Below are positions 49,089 through 58,823 of a stretch of 64,000 nt of DNA, piece by piece (within the stretch, counting starts at the first letter, position 1; every line of letters begins with the position of its first letter). Source of the stretch: Anaerolineae bacterium (GTDB taxonomy: Bacteria; Chloroflexota; Anaerolineae; DUEN01). The notes beneath the pieces are model-generated. The model searched no databases. It was given only the letters and a program-made list of their open reading frames with translations, and was not told the origin of the DNA. Location of the stretch: the NCBI GenBank assembly GCA_034432955.1, contig DAOUBB010000153.1:4321-68320 (forward strand). Direction: 5' to 3'. The position numbers and the translations under genes were made by a program.

Positions 49089-50834
49089 TCAATGCCCTCT
49101 CCGGCCTGCCATCTGAGCCGCGCTGATTCCCATCCTCACCTGTAACGTCCGCAGCCGGTTCAGCGCTGCCGCCAGCTCGAACCGTCGAAACCACGCGTAA
49201 TCTCCCATCTGTCGCGGGTCCAGCACATCCAACCCGCCCCTCTCGATGTCGGCCATGACCGCGTCCAGCACCTCTGCCAGCGTGCGCTGGCCGTCTATGT
49301 ACCGCTCGCGAGCGTAGTACAGCGCCTGCGCGATCGCCCGCACCTGCGAGTCGTCCACCAGTTGCTCGACGGCCGACAGGTCAATTTCCTCCTTCCCGAA
49401 CAGGATCGTCTTCAACCCGCGCGCCTTCAGGCTCACCTCGCGGCGTCCCTTGCTGGGGTCTATGCTGTCAGGCAGGGGGATGCGCGGCGTGATCGCGCCG
49501 AAAGAAGGCCCTCCCTCCGGCCGACGCTCCGCCGCATAGCGGCGGGCGATCTCCTTGGCCCGCGCGGTGGCATCCCACGGCCGGTACTCCTCCATCGCGA
49601 TCACCGTGTCGGCCACGTCGAAGTAGTCGCCGCTGCCGCCCATGACGAGGATGGTGGACACGCCGTGCTCCTCATACAGCAGCCGTACCTTGTCTAAAAA
49701 CGGGGTGATCGGCTCATGCTCCTTGGAGATGAGCTCCTGCATCCGGTGGTCGCGGATCATGAAGTTAGTGGCCGCGGTATCCTCGTCCACCAGCAGCACG
49801 CGCGCGCCCGCCTCCAGCGCCTCGATGATGTTGGCGGCCTGTGAGGTGCTGCCGCTGGCATTGTCGGTGGTGAAACAGCGCGTGTCTAGGCCGAACGGCA
49901 GGTTGGCGATGAAGGGGCTGATGTCCACCCCCGCGATGCGGCGGCCGTCCTCGGCGCGCACCTTCACCGCCGCCGGATGCGTGACCACGCGCTCCCGGCC
50001 ATCGCCGGGGATGTGGTTGTACACGCCGCGCTCGATGGCGGAGAGCAACGTGGACTTGCCGTGATACCCGCCGCCCACGATCAACGTCACCCCGCGCGGG
50101 ATCCCCATGCCGGTGATGCGCCCGCTGTGGGGCAGCTCCACCGTCACCCGCAGCGATTCGGGTGAGACGAAGGGGATCGCACCGCGATCCATGGGCCGGT
50201 CGTCCACGCCGCTGCGCCGAGGCAGGATGGCCCCGTCCGCCACGAACGCGACCAGTCCCAGCGCGTCCAACTGCTCACGCAGGACGTCGGCATCCTCGGC
50301 CACGCGCAGGTGTTCCAGCAGCGCGTCCTTCGGCTGGTTGCGGGCCAACAGCGCCTGTTCGACGATGAGCGGTAAGTCCTCGCACAGCATCTCGACCGCC
50401 TGTCGGCCCAGGATGCGCCGCCCGGCGGCGGGCAGGCCGGCCACCAAGCGCGCCTCCACCCAGTCGGCGGTGACCAGCACCGCGGTGCGCTCCAGGATCT
50501 CCTGGCCGGGCATGTCCATGGCCAGCAGTCCGCTGCGACCACTTCCCCGTCGCTCGACGGCCTGTCGGCAGGCGGTGGCGAAGCGCCGGCACAGGAAGTC
50601 GCGCAGGGCGATCTCGCGGCTGCGCGGCGTGAAGGTGGAAGCCCCAAAGCGGGCTACCGACTGCGGCACGCGCACCCGCAGCCGGCTGGGCGATGCGAAG
50701 GGATCGCCCTGCACGTGGTCTATGAACAACGTGAAGTTGGGGAACTCGTAGCGCGGAGCCAGGTCTTTGTAAGCCGGATACCCGCGCCCGTCCAGCCGCA
50801 ACAGAGTCGCTCGTAGGTCTTCGTGAGTAGGCAT
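49089..50834 (-). CDS. ABC-class ATPase domain protein of unknown function
   Basis: HVQGDPFASPS, GGGYHGKST, AEDGR, T.NASGSTSQAA, DEDTAATNFMIRD. ATG 50834 lies just after a TATAAT. Confidence 0.9.
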   Translation of the reverse strand: MPTHEDLRATLLRLDGRGYPAYKDLAPRYEFPNFTLFIDHVQGDPFASPSRLRVRVPQSVARFGASTFTPRSREIALRDFLCRRFATACRQAVERRGSGRSGLLAMDMPGQEILERTAVLVTADWVEARLVAGLPAAGRRILGRQAVEMLCEDLPLIVEQALLARNQPKDALLEHLRVAEDADVLREQLDALGLVAFVADGAILPRRSGVDDRPMDRGAIPFVSPESLRVTVELPHSGRITGMGIPRGVTLIVGGGYHGKSTLLSAIERGVYNHIPGDGRERVVTHPAAVKVRAEDGRRIAGVDISPFIANLPFGLDTRCFTTDNASGSTSQAANIIEALEAGARVLLVDEDTAATNFMIRDHRMQELISKEHEPITPFLDKVRLLYEEHGVSTILVMGGSGDYFDVADTVIAMEEYRPWDATARAKEIARRYAAERRPEGGPSFGAITPRIPLPDSIDPSKGRREVSLKARGLKTILFGKEEIDLSAVEQLVDDSQVRAIAQALYYARERYIDGQRTLAEVLDAVMADIERGGLDVLDPRQMGDYAWFRRFELAAALNRLRTLQVRMGISAAQMAGRRGH

Positions 50835-50940
50835 AGCATCAGACAATTATACTGCAAAGATGCCGGCAAACAAACCAGGGGCCGACTGGATCTCGGCCCC
50901 TGGCCTCCCTTGCGCTGTTCGTCTTGGGCCAGACGCTCTC

Positions 50941-52548
50941 TCACCGGATCCCGGCCAGCTCTTGCAGCCGGCGCCAGTTGGCCAGCCGATCCGCCTGGGC
51001 CCGCAGCAGCGTCTCCGATGGGTTGCCGTCCTTGTCGAAGTGCTTGGCGAAGCGCCCCTCGGTACGGGCAAAGTAGATGAAGTCAATCACCTCGCCCGTC
51101 TTGGGGTTCCGGTACCAGTCCTCTTTGACCGCTGGATTGCCTTGCAGGCTGAGGCGCTCCTTGAATGTGTCGCCCTTGCGCGGATCGTAGATGAAGATCG
51201 GGAACGCCCGCGAATCCACCGCCAGCTTGGCCTGGTGCATGGACATGTTATCGGCCACCTCGTGCTCCGGCTGGCAGGTGGTGTAGACGTTGACGATGGC
51301 CGGGCCAGGGAACGAGTTGGCGTCCATGATCGCCCGGTAAAAGTGGTTGATGTGCGCCGCCGTGGTCTGCGCTACAAAGACGTTGGGATGCATCATGGCG
51401 ATCAGCCCCAGCTCTTTGCGCTGTTCCTGCTTGCCCTGGATCACCTTGCCATGCACAGACATCTTGGTATTCTGGCCAGTGTACGAGGCCGTGGAGGCCT
51501 GGCCGCCGGTGTTGGAGTAGACCTGGGTGTCCAGCACCAAGACCTTGATGTCCATACCGGAGACCAGCATGCGGCTGAGCGATTGGAAGCCGATGTCGAG
51601 CATGGCACCGTCGCCGCCCAGCACCCACAGTCGCTTCTCCTTCCAGCCCATCTGGTCCCAACGGGCGCGCACGCCCATGGCATCGGCCGGCGCGTTCTCA
51701 AACAGCGAGTTCGTCCATGACACCAGGTACGGGTTGTACGGGTAGGTCGAGCCGTACACGGTGTTGCAGCCGGTGGCCGCCACGATGCCGATATTCTCCA
51801 TGCCGTAAACGAACCCGGTGGCCGCCAGCATCATGCGGATCACCGTCGCCTCACCGCAGCCGGCGCACGACCCCGCCCCACCCACGTAGAGGAGCGATTT
51901 CTCGGCCAGCATCATGTCGGCCAGGACGCGCTCCGAGATGAAGCGTTGGGGGGTCTCCGGCAGACGGCGGAAGAACTCAATCCGCTTGCGGTAGATGGGG
52001 ATCGTGTCATCCTGCTTACGGATCATCTCCAGCGCGTTGTGCTCACCGCAGGCGGCGACGCACTCGGCGCACCCTTTGCACTTGGTCGGGTCAATCATGA
52101 TGGTGAAAAGCCCCGGCGTCTGCCCTTTACGCTCGTAGGTGGTGTAGTACTTGGTCGTCCTGGCGAACTGCTGTCGCAAATCCTCTCGCGTCGCTTCATC
52201 GGCGATCTCCGCCAGGCTTTTCTCCAACACGTCCGGCTCGACCACCTTGCCCAGGATCGCCGTGTCCGGGCACTCGGTCACGCACTCCATGCAGCCCACG
52301 CAGTTCTCGGCCTTAAAGCGCGGGATCTCCGGCGCGATGTATGAGAAATCGCGCAGGGCGCCCGTGCCGGCCGGCACGAAGCTGCGTCCCACTCCCAGAT
52401 CGGCCTCCAGTTCCTCTTCCGCCCTCCCCTCTTCGTAGGCGGCCAGGACGCGGTCAAAGAAGTCTTGCACGTCAATCACATCGGGGCTGTATGCGCCATT
52501 GCCCCCGGTGCTCACCTTTCGTATGTCTAAGTCTGTGACTACGCCCAT
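50941..52548 (-). CDS. 2-oxoacid:ferredoxin oxidoreductase, ferredoxin + TPP-binding (delta-beta) subunit
   Basis: CVGCMECVTECP, CKGCAECVAAC, SCAGCGE, GGDGAMLDIG, DTQVYSNTGGQ. Confidence 0.93.
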   Translation of the reverse strand: MGVVTDLDIRKVSTGGNGAYSPDVIDVQDFFDRVLAAYEEGRAEEELEADLGVGRSFVPAGTGALRDFSYIAPEIPRFKAENCVGCMECVTECPDTAILGKVVEPDVLEKSLAEIADEATREDLRQQFARTTKYYTTYERKGQTPGLFTIMIDPTKCKGCAECVAACGEHNALEMIRKQDDTIPIYRKRIEFFRRLPETPQRFISERVLADMMLAEKSLLYVGGAGSCAGCGEATVIRMMLAATGFVYGMENIGIVAATGCNTVYGSTYPYNPYLVSWTNSLFENAPADAMGVRARWDQMGWKEKRLWVLGGDGAMLDIGFQSLSRMLVSGMDIKVLVLDTQVYSNTGGQASTASYTGQNTKMSVHGKVIQGKQEQRKELGLIAMMHPNVFVAQTTAAHINHFYRAIMDANSFPGPAIVNVYTTCQPEHEVADNMSMHQAKLAVDSRAFPIFIYDPRKGDTFKERLSLQGNPAVKEDWYRNPKTGEVIDFIYFARTEGRFAKHFDKDGNPSETLLRAQADRLANWRRLQELAGIR

Positions 52549-52587
52549 ATGGTCCTCTCTTTGGCAGTTTGTGCCGGAAGCTGGTGA

Positions 52588-54549
52588 CTAACGGCTGGCT
52601 ACCGGTTCCCCGTAGATCACCTCCACGGGGATCTCGAACACTTCTTCGTAGCCGCGGCGCACGGCGGTCAGGTTGTCCTGGATCACCTGCTCGCCGCGCT
52701 TGCCGAAGTACTTGCGCAGGGACTTCTCCACGCCGGCCATCACCTCGGCCTGGCTCATCCCCGCGCGCTGCGCAAACGGGGTCGCCTTCAGGAAGATGCC
52801 CAACAGCACGATCCCCTGCATGCGCACGCGCAGGTCTGGTTGCGTGGCCACTTCCTCGGCGATCTTGGCGGCGTCCAGGGCCAGCACGCGAATCTGACGC
52901 TCGCGGATGATGCGCTTGGCGTACTCCGGGATGCTCGCCCATACCGCCGCCGGGTCGGTCTTGGAGGTCTGGACGAAGATCATGCCGCCCTTTGATAGGC
53001 CGGCCAGCGGGTTGCCAGTATAGAACGCGCTCACATCATTCAGCGGGACGAACTCCACGTACTTGAGCTCGCAGTGGGTGCGGATCGGCTCTTGCGAGAT
53101 CGTCAGGTAATAGGTGGTTGGCAAGCCCTTCTTCTCTGAGCCGTATTTCGGGTAGGCCTGTACCTGAAGCCCGAACATATCGCCCACGATATCGGCGATG
53201 ACTTTGTTGGTGGTGACGGAGCCGTAGCCGCCCACGGAGTGGCCGCGCATGGAGAATGACCCCTTGGGCCGGATGTCCGGGTCGAAGGAGTTGTCTAGCG
53301 CCAACTCGTGTTTGATCCCCAGCACGAAATAACGGCGGCCTTCTTCCATCATATTCTTGACGACGGCGATGAAGTCACCTGGCCGCACATCGCGGCTGCC
53401 CAGACCCGCCGAGCCGGAGTAGATCGTCGGGATGCGGGTGATCTCCGGATAGCGGTTGGCCCCGGTGAGGGCGTCGGCGAAGGCGGCCTTGATCTCCACC
53501 GTCAGCGGATTAGATTGCGCCATCGGGTTATCCATGCGCTCGATCACGCTGAAGGCACGCACGCGGCTGAGGGCTTCCACCAGTTGCGGGCCGGGGAAGG
53601 GGCGAAAGGCGGTGACGTGGACGATGCCCACCCGAAGGCCCTGTTCGGCGCGCAGGTAATCCACCGTCGCCCGTGCCGTCTCCATCATGCTGCCCATGCC
53701 GACGATGGCGTACTCAGCGTCGTCCATCGCATAGGTGTCAATCAGCCCGTATCGCCGTCCAGTCAGGGAATAGAACTCGTCCATGGCAGCCTGCAACTTC
53801 TCTTCCACCCGGTCGTACCAGGCGCGCTGGGCGATCTTGCCCTTCATGTACGAGTCCTGGTTCTGGACGACGCCGGTCTGGATAGGGGTTCGCGGGTCCA
53901 TCAGGTTGACCAGCTTGTCCTGGGGCCGGCCGACGAACCTCTCCATCAGCTCCGGCTCTGGCAGCAGGACGTTTTCGACGGTGTGGGTGGTCAGGAAGCC
54001 ATCCTGCACGTTCAGAAAGGGGGTCTGGCTGTCCTCGGCGGCGCGGCGGGCGATCAAGGCCAGATCACCGGCCTCCTGCGCGGTTCGGGCGAAGACGATG
54101 CCCCACCCGGTGTCGGCGACCGCCATCACGTCGTCGTGGCCGGCGTGCACGTTTAACGAATGAGAGGTGAGGGCGCGCGCGCCGATGTGAAACACGCAGG
54201 GCAGTCGCTTGCCGGAGATGGTGTAGAGGACCTCTTTCATCAGGATCAGCCCTTGCCCGGAGGTGAAGTTGGTGACGCGACCGCCGGCCACCGCGAATCC
54301 CTCGCACACTGATGCGGAGCTATGTTCCGATTCAGGCTCCAGGAAGAACAATGGCTCGCCCCACAGGTTGCGCTGGCCATTCGCCGCTGCAGCAGCGTAC
54401 CCGCCTCCCATGGCCGTAGAGGAGGTGATGGGATAGGCGCAAGCCCCTTGTGTGATGTGAGTCTCGACCCAGACAACCATGCCGGATCCGTCACTGGTGG
54501 CCGGAATGCCTGGATAAGGAAATTCAGTCGCAGAACCGTTTTGGCTCAT
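52588..54549 (-). CDS. 2-oxoacid:ferredoxin oxidoreductase, alpha-gamma subunit (PFOR-like)
   Basis: AYPITSST, ESEHSSA, FTSGQGLILM, HIGAR, DGFLTTH, GGYGSVTTNK, YGSEKKG. Confidence 0.93.
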   Translation of the reverse strand: MSQNGSATEFPYPGIPATSDGSGMVVWVETHITQGACAYPITSSTAMGGGYAAAAANGQRNLWGEPLFFLEPESEHSSASVCEGFAVAGGRVTNFTSGQGLILMKEVLYTISGKRLPCVFHIGARALTSHSLNVHAGHDDVMAVADTGWGIVFARTAQEAGDLALIARRAAEDSQTPFLNVQDGFLTTHTVENVLLPEPELMERFVGRPQDKLVNLMDPRTPIQTGVVQNQDSYMKGKIAQRAWYDRVEEKLQAAMDEFYSLTGRRYGLIDTYAMDDAEYAIVGMGSMMETARATVDYLRAEQGLRVGIVHVTAFRPFPGPQLVEALSRVRAFSVIERMDNPMAQSNPLTVEIKAAFADALTGANRYPEITRIPTIYSGSAGLGSRDVRPGDFIAVVKNMMEEGRRYFVLGIKHELALDNSFDPDIRPKGSFSMRGHSVGGYGSVTTNKVIADIVGDMFGLQVQAYPKYGSEKKGLPTTYYLTISQEPIRTHCELKYVEFVPLNDVSAFYTGNPLAGLSKGGMIFVQTSKTDPAAVWASIPEYAKRIIRERQIRVLALDAAKIAEEVATQPDLRVRMQGIVLLGIFLKATPFAQRAGMSQAEVMAGVEKSLRKYFGKRGEQVIQDNLTAVRRGYEEVFEIPVEVIYGEPVASR

Positions 54550-54772
54550 AAGTCTCTTCTCCTGTCAACAAGCGACTTGGGAATGGACTTGGGTAATTTT
54601 TTATAAGATTAAATCAAAAATTAGCCGAATGGTGTAGGCTGGCAACCAGTTCGAGGATGTCGCTGGGAGCCAAGGTGAGAGTCGGCCAAAGATGGCGCGG
54701 GGTGCAATCCGCTTTGGGGGCCGTTTGAGGGCACGGGCCTTGGTCTATGGTCCCTTGGGGGCCGTTGCACCT

Positions 54773-57577
54773 TTACCCTATCCCCCCTGGCCCCCTTTCA
54801 GGGGTAGATTTTTCTGCCATCCGCAGTTCAAGGGTAACGACTTCTCCTCCGCGCGTTGGTACTTCGACGAGATGCTCCTGTCGGATCGGCAGGGGTTCTT
54901 GCCGTTCCTCGTTGAGATTCGTGCGCCAAGCTTCCCTTAAGGGGCGCCATGACATCACTCGCGAGGTTACCGGCTCCGACGTCACGTTGTAAAACCGCAC
55001 AATCACCCCCTGGCCATCGCGGCTCCGGCGCACAGCGCTTAGAACCAACTCGCGCGGCTCTACCTGTAGGAAGCTGAGCCGATCCGGGTTGGGGCCGCCG
55101 CGCGGCCACGGGATGGCCCGCACGCGCGCCGGGTCATCGCGGGTGATGTTCATCTCCTTCAATTCGAGCCCTTCATGCGTGTCACCGCGGGCGACCAGGA
55201 GCGGCGCGACATAGCCATAGGCAATAGGGTAAACCTGACGCCAGTCGCCGGCGTGAGGCAGGATGGCATATTCGAACCGGTGCACGCCCAGACATTGTGC
55301 CTCTGGCGTCTCCACGAGGGGGCCGGCAGCCACCCGCCGGGTCGCCAGATCATCCCGCGAGAGCCAGCCTACGCAGCGCAACAGCGTGAGCGCGATCTGA
55401 GTTCCCCGCTCGGTGTGAGTCACTTCGACGGAAGGCAACCCGCGGTTGAGCACGGCGAACCCTCGTCCCCCCTGGCTCAGGTCCGTGAATGAGCGCTGAT
55501 GCATGAGCGGCGTCGGATCCTCCACCCATCCCCCCGCTGCCGGCAGTTCGATCTCGCGGGCGACGACCGCGAACGATTCGTCCACGTGCACCTGGTCCGG
55601 CCGCAAATCGGTGGAAAACACGGCCGAGAGCTTGTGATCGCGCGCCCGATTGTCTATCTCCGTTACAATGTACAGCCCCGGCTGGTCGCGGTAAAGGGTG
55701 ATCTCTGAGACGATGGGGACGTCCACCCGTTCGGCGCTACGCTGCCGCCGATCCGGGGTGAGGCCAACGGGCAGCGGCAAGGTGTGCTCCACGCGGAAGG
55801 TGGCCAGACACGGTCCCTCCCGCACGAGCGTCACGCGGGCGGGCCGGCCCACTGTGTTCACAACAGCAGGAGAGAGGCTCCTGCTATCCTCTTCACCCCC
55901 CGAACGGTGAGGGCAGGGGGCATAGCTGTACTCGTCGCCGGCATCTTCCACGTCGTAGAAATGGTGCAACCCGATATACCATTGGCCGGTCGTCTTATCC
56001 AGCACGTCCAGGCCGCCGTCTTCAGCGATCGCGAAGGCCAGATAGCGATTGGAGGCACCCCGTTGCCCAATCCGCCAGTCCGGCGGGAGATCGGGCGCCT
56101 GGCCTGGACGAGGAGGTTGGGCGTAGTAGATGCGATAGCCGCACGCCGGCGCGTCAGCCACGAACGCGACGCGCACCCGTCGTTTGCGGTTGGGCTTGAG
56201 CACCTCCATCCAGACGAGTTCGCGGTCATCCAGCACCTGGTGCGGCACGGCGCGACCCTCCCCGTCCACGATCTGGAAGTCGTTGGCGACGGGGTCGTCG
56301 AAATCGAAATCCACGTCGCCGATGGCGATCTCCTGCCGATCCCGGTTGAGCGGGTTGTAGACCAGGATCGGCGTCCCCGGCTGGCGTGTACAATCGGCCT
56401 GGCGGGCCAGGTAGCGCACCGCGTTGCGGACCAGCGCCTCGCCGATCTGCTCGGCTTGCCGGAAACGGAACATGGTCTCCCGATGCACTTCGTCCACCCC
56501 GGCTCCGTACATGTCGTCGTGCGGATGGCTTTGCAGGAGATAGCGCCAGGCGGTCCAGATCAGATCGTCCGTCCCGGCCGGGACCTCTGCCCCGGCGAGC
56601 CAGGCGAAGGCGGTCAACGGCTCCGCATACCGCTCCAGCAGCGTCTCCACGCGATGGTTGGCCTGCTTTAGGTAGATCCGGGTGGAGTAGACCCCTTGCA
56701 AGATCTCGGAGTAACGTCCCCAGCGGAATTCCCCGGAGAAGCAGGGCAGAGAGGCCGCCTCAGCTCGCACGCGGGCGAGGTGCTCCGCCAGCGTGCCGTG
56801 ATGGATCTCGACGTCGGGCAGCTCCTGGTTCGCGCGAGCGATTACCTTGGGGATGCGCGGCTCCGGTTCGGCGTGGTCAATGCCGTTCATCAGGAGCAGC
56901 GCCGAGGTGTGAGCAAATGGCTTGAGCTGATCCACAGCCTTGCGGATCTGCTCCAACGCCAGGTCCTCATCGAACTCCATCTGTGACGTGTCGCCCCAGT
57001 GGATGGCGTATCCCAAGTTGGAGACGTTGTGATAGCCGAACGGCATCAGGACTGCAGTCACGCTGGAGCCGTCTGGGGCGACCCATTCGAACTCGGTGCC
57101 CAGCCGATCTCCCTCTGCGCCCATGCCGCGCCAGAAGAAGGCAGAGTCGATCCCGAAGCCGCGCAGGATCTGCGGCAATTGGGCGATGTGGCCGAAGCCG
57201 TCGGGGACGTAGCCGATCTTCATCACCCCGCCGTATGGCTCGGCCAGGCGATGGCCCAGCATCAGGTTGCGGATGAGCGACTCCGGGCTCACCAGGAACT
57301 CGTCGGCGAGCACGTACCAGGGGCCAACCTGGATGCGGCCCGCGCGACAGAGCTCCTGTAGCTCCTTGGCGCGCTGCGGCCGCACCTCCAGGTAGTCCTC
57401 GATCACCGACATCTGCCCGTCCAACATGTAAACACGGTATTCGGGGTTCCACCGCAGCAGGTCGAGCAGGCGGTCCACCAGGCGCACCAGGCGGATGCGG
57501 TACTCTTGGAACGGGACATACCAGGCTCGGTCCCAATGGGTGTGGCTGACCAGGGTGGCGTGATATGGCTTGTTCAT
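54773..57577 (-). CDS. GH38 alpha-mannosidase (MngB-like subtype)
   Basis: HTHWDRAWY, LDGQ, GPWYVLADEFL, PDGFGHIAQLPQ, NGIDH, PHDD. Confidence 0.93.
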   Translation of the reverse strand: MNKPYHATLVSHTHWDRAWYVPFQEYRIRLVRLVDRLLDLLRWNPEYRVYMLDGQMSVIEDYLEVRPQRAKELQELCRAGRIQVGPWYVLADEFLVSPESLIRNLMLGHRLAEPYGGVMKIGYVPDGFGHIAQLPQILRGFGIDSAFFWRGMGAEGDRLGTEFEWVAPDGSSVTAVLMPFGYHNVSNLGYAIHWGDTSQMEFDEDLALEQIRKAVDQLKPFAHTSALLLMNGIDHAEPEPRIPKVIARANQELPDVEIHHGTLAEHLARVRAEAASLPCFSGEFRWGRYSEILQGVYSTRIYLKQANHRVETLLERYAEPLTAFAWLAGAEVPAGTDDLIWTAWRYLLQSHPHDDMYGAGVDEVHRETMFRFRQAEQIGEALVRNAVRYLARQADCTRQPGTPILVYNPLNRDRQEIAIGDVDFDFDDPVANDFQIVDGEGRAVPHQVLDDRELVWMEVLKPNRKRRVRVAFVADAPACGYRIYYAQPPRPGQAPDLPPDWRIGQRGASNRYLAFAIAEDGGLDVLDKTTGQWYIGLHHFYDVEDAGDEYSYAPCPHRSGGEEDSRSLSPAVVNTVGRPARVTLVREGPCLATFRVEHTLPLPVGLTPDRRQRSAERVDVPIVSEITLYRDQPGLYIVTEIDNRARDHKLSAVFSTDLRPDQVHVDESFAVVAREIELPAAGGWVEDPTPLMHQRSFTDLSQGGRGFAVLNRGLPSVEVTHTERGTQIALTLLRCVGWLSRDDLATRRVAAGPLVETPEAQCLGVHRFEYAILPHAGDWRQVYPIAYGYVAPLLVARGDTHEGLELKEMNITRDDPARVRAIPWPRGGPNPDRLSFLQVEPRELVLSAVRRSRDGQGVIVRFYNVTSEPVTSRVMSWRPLREAWRTNLNEERQEPLPIRQEHLVEVPTRGGEVVTLELRMAEKSTPERGPGGIG

Positions 57578-58791
57578 TTTGCTCTTGCTCTTGCTTCCTC
57601 AGCCATGCGCACCTGCATCTTCACCGGCGTGTTCTCCAGCAGCCAGGCTTCCATGCGCGCTTTGATCTCCTCGGGCGTCTCTCGATAACCGTAAGTCTCC
57701 AGGAGCACGGGAGTCCACTTCTTCCCCCAGTAGATGTGGTTCCCCTCGTCGCTCCAATCGTAAGCGACGGCGGCGGCTGAGATCTCGTCGCCGATGCGCT
57801 CCCAGTGTTCGCGGTTGCGCACCTTCTCCGGCATGCCGTTGGGCTCGATGACGGTGGTCAAAAGGGCGTATTGTTCGACAGCGGGCAATTTCATCATCAC
57901 GTTATAGATCTGTACCACCTGCCAGATGTCCTTCGGCTCGAAGCCCAATTGGCGCAGGCGAGTCTGGCCCAACTGGCTGTGGCGCACCTCATCCCACAGG
58001 TGCCGGGCGGTGTTGTACTGGAATTCCCAGGGCATTTCGGGGGTCATCCAGAGGATCGAGCCCAGGGTCTCGGCCGCGGTCATCTCGTTCAGGTAATGCC
58101 GGAAGCGCCATTCGCGATGAGCCTCGGGATACTGCTCGCGATCGGGCTCGATGTCGGTGCTGGGGTCGAAGATCGGCCAGCCCGGCTCGCGCTGGCACTC
58201 ATACCAGGGCAGCAACAGGGCATGCCCCGCCGGCCGCTCCGGGAGCGGCGCGATGGGCTCCTGCCCTGAGACGCCGCCAGTAGCGGCCAGAAGCCCGGCG
58301 ATGTACGCCTGCCAGGGCTCCCAGTCCGGGTAGCCGGTGAGCGCGTTCAGCGTCTGTTGGGCCCAGGCCACCTGGCGAGCGGTGACCTCAGCCAGGTCAG
58401 CGGTGATGCGCACGGTAGGCCGGTCGAACTCAGGATATGTGAGCGTCTGGTGTTGCCGGTAGGCGTCCAGCAGCCCTTGCTTGATCACCAGATACACGGT
58501 GGCCACTAGCTCCGCGGTGTTCTGGGCGCAGTCGAGCTCTTTGGCCAGGTGGGGAAAGGCCTCCGGGACGCCTCGTTCCGGCTTGGCGACTCGCAGCTCT
58601 TGAAGCCGGCCGCGCAGCCTGTGAGCCGCCTCGGCTGACTCCCAGATGTGCAGGCCGATCTCGTTCTTAACGTCCCACTCGGGCACGCCCGGCAGCCAGC
58701 CGGCCAGCGTGCGCATGCACGCCTGTTCCAGAAACGCGTAGCGTCGAAGCAACTCCTGATTCCGGACGAAACCGATGCGTGAAGCTACCAT
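57574..58791 (-). CDS. Ferritin-like didomain protein (DUF455-like C-terminal domain)
   Basis: NEMTAAE, WDEVRH, EPNG, DEGNHIYWGKKW (two ExxH motifs). GGAGAG RBS before ATG 58791. Confidence 0.75.
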   Translation of the reverse strand: MVASRIGFVRNQELLRRYAFLEQACMRTLAGWLPGVPEWDVKNEIGLHIWESAEAAHRLRGRLQELRVAKPERGVPEAFPHLAKELDCAQNTAELVATVYLVIKQGLLDAYRQHQTLTYPEFDRPTVRITADLAEVTARQVAWAQQTLNALTGYPDWEPWQAYIAGLLAATGGVSGQEPIAPLPERPAGHALLLPWYECQREPGWPIFDPSTDIEPDREQYPEAHREWRFRHYLNEMTAAETLGSILWMTPEMPWEFQYNTARHLWDEVRHSQLGQTRLRQLGFEPKDIWQVVQIYNVMMKLPAVEQYALLTTVIEPNGMPEKVRNREHWERIGDEISAAAVAYDWSDEGNHIYWGKKWTPVLLETYGYRETPEEIKARMEAWLLENTPVKMQVRMAEEARARAK

Positions 58792-58823
58792 CTCTCCGAT
58801 CCTCCGGTCTTCCGTCGCCTGTC

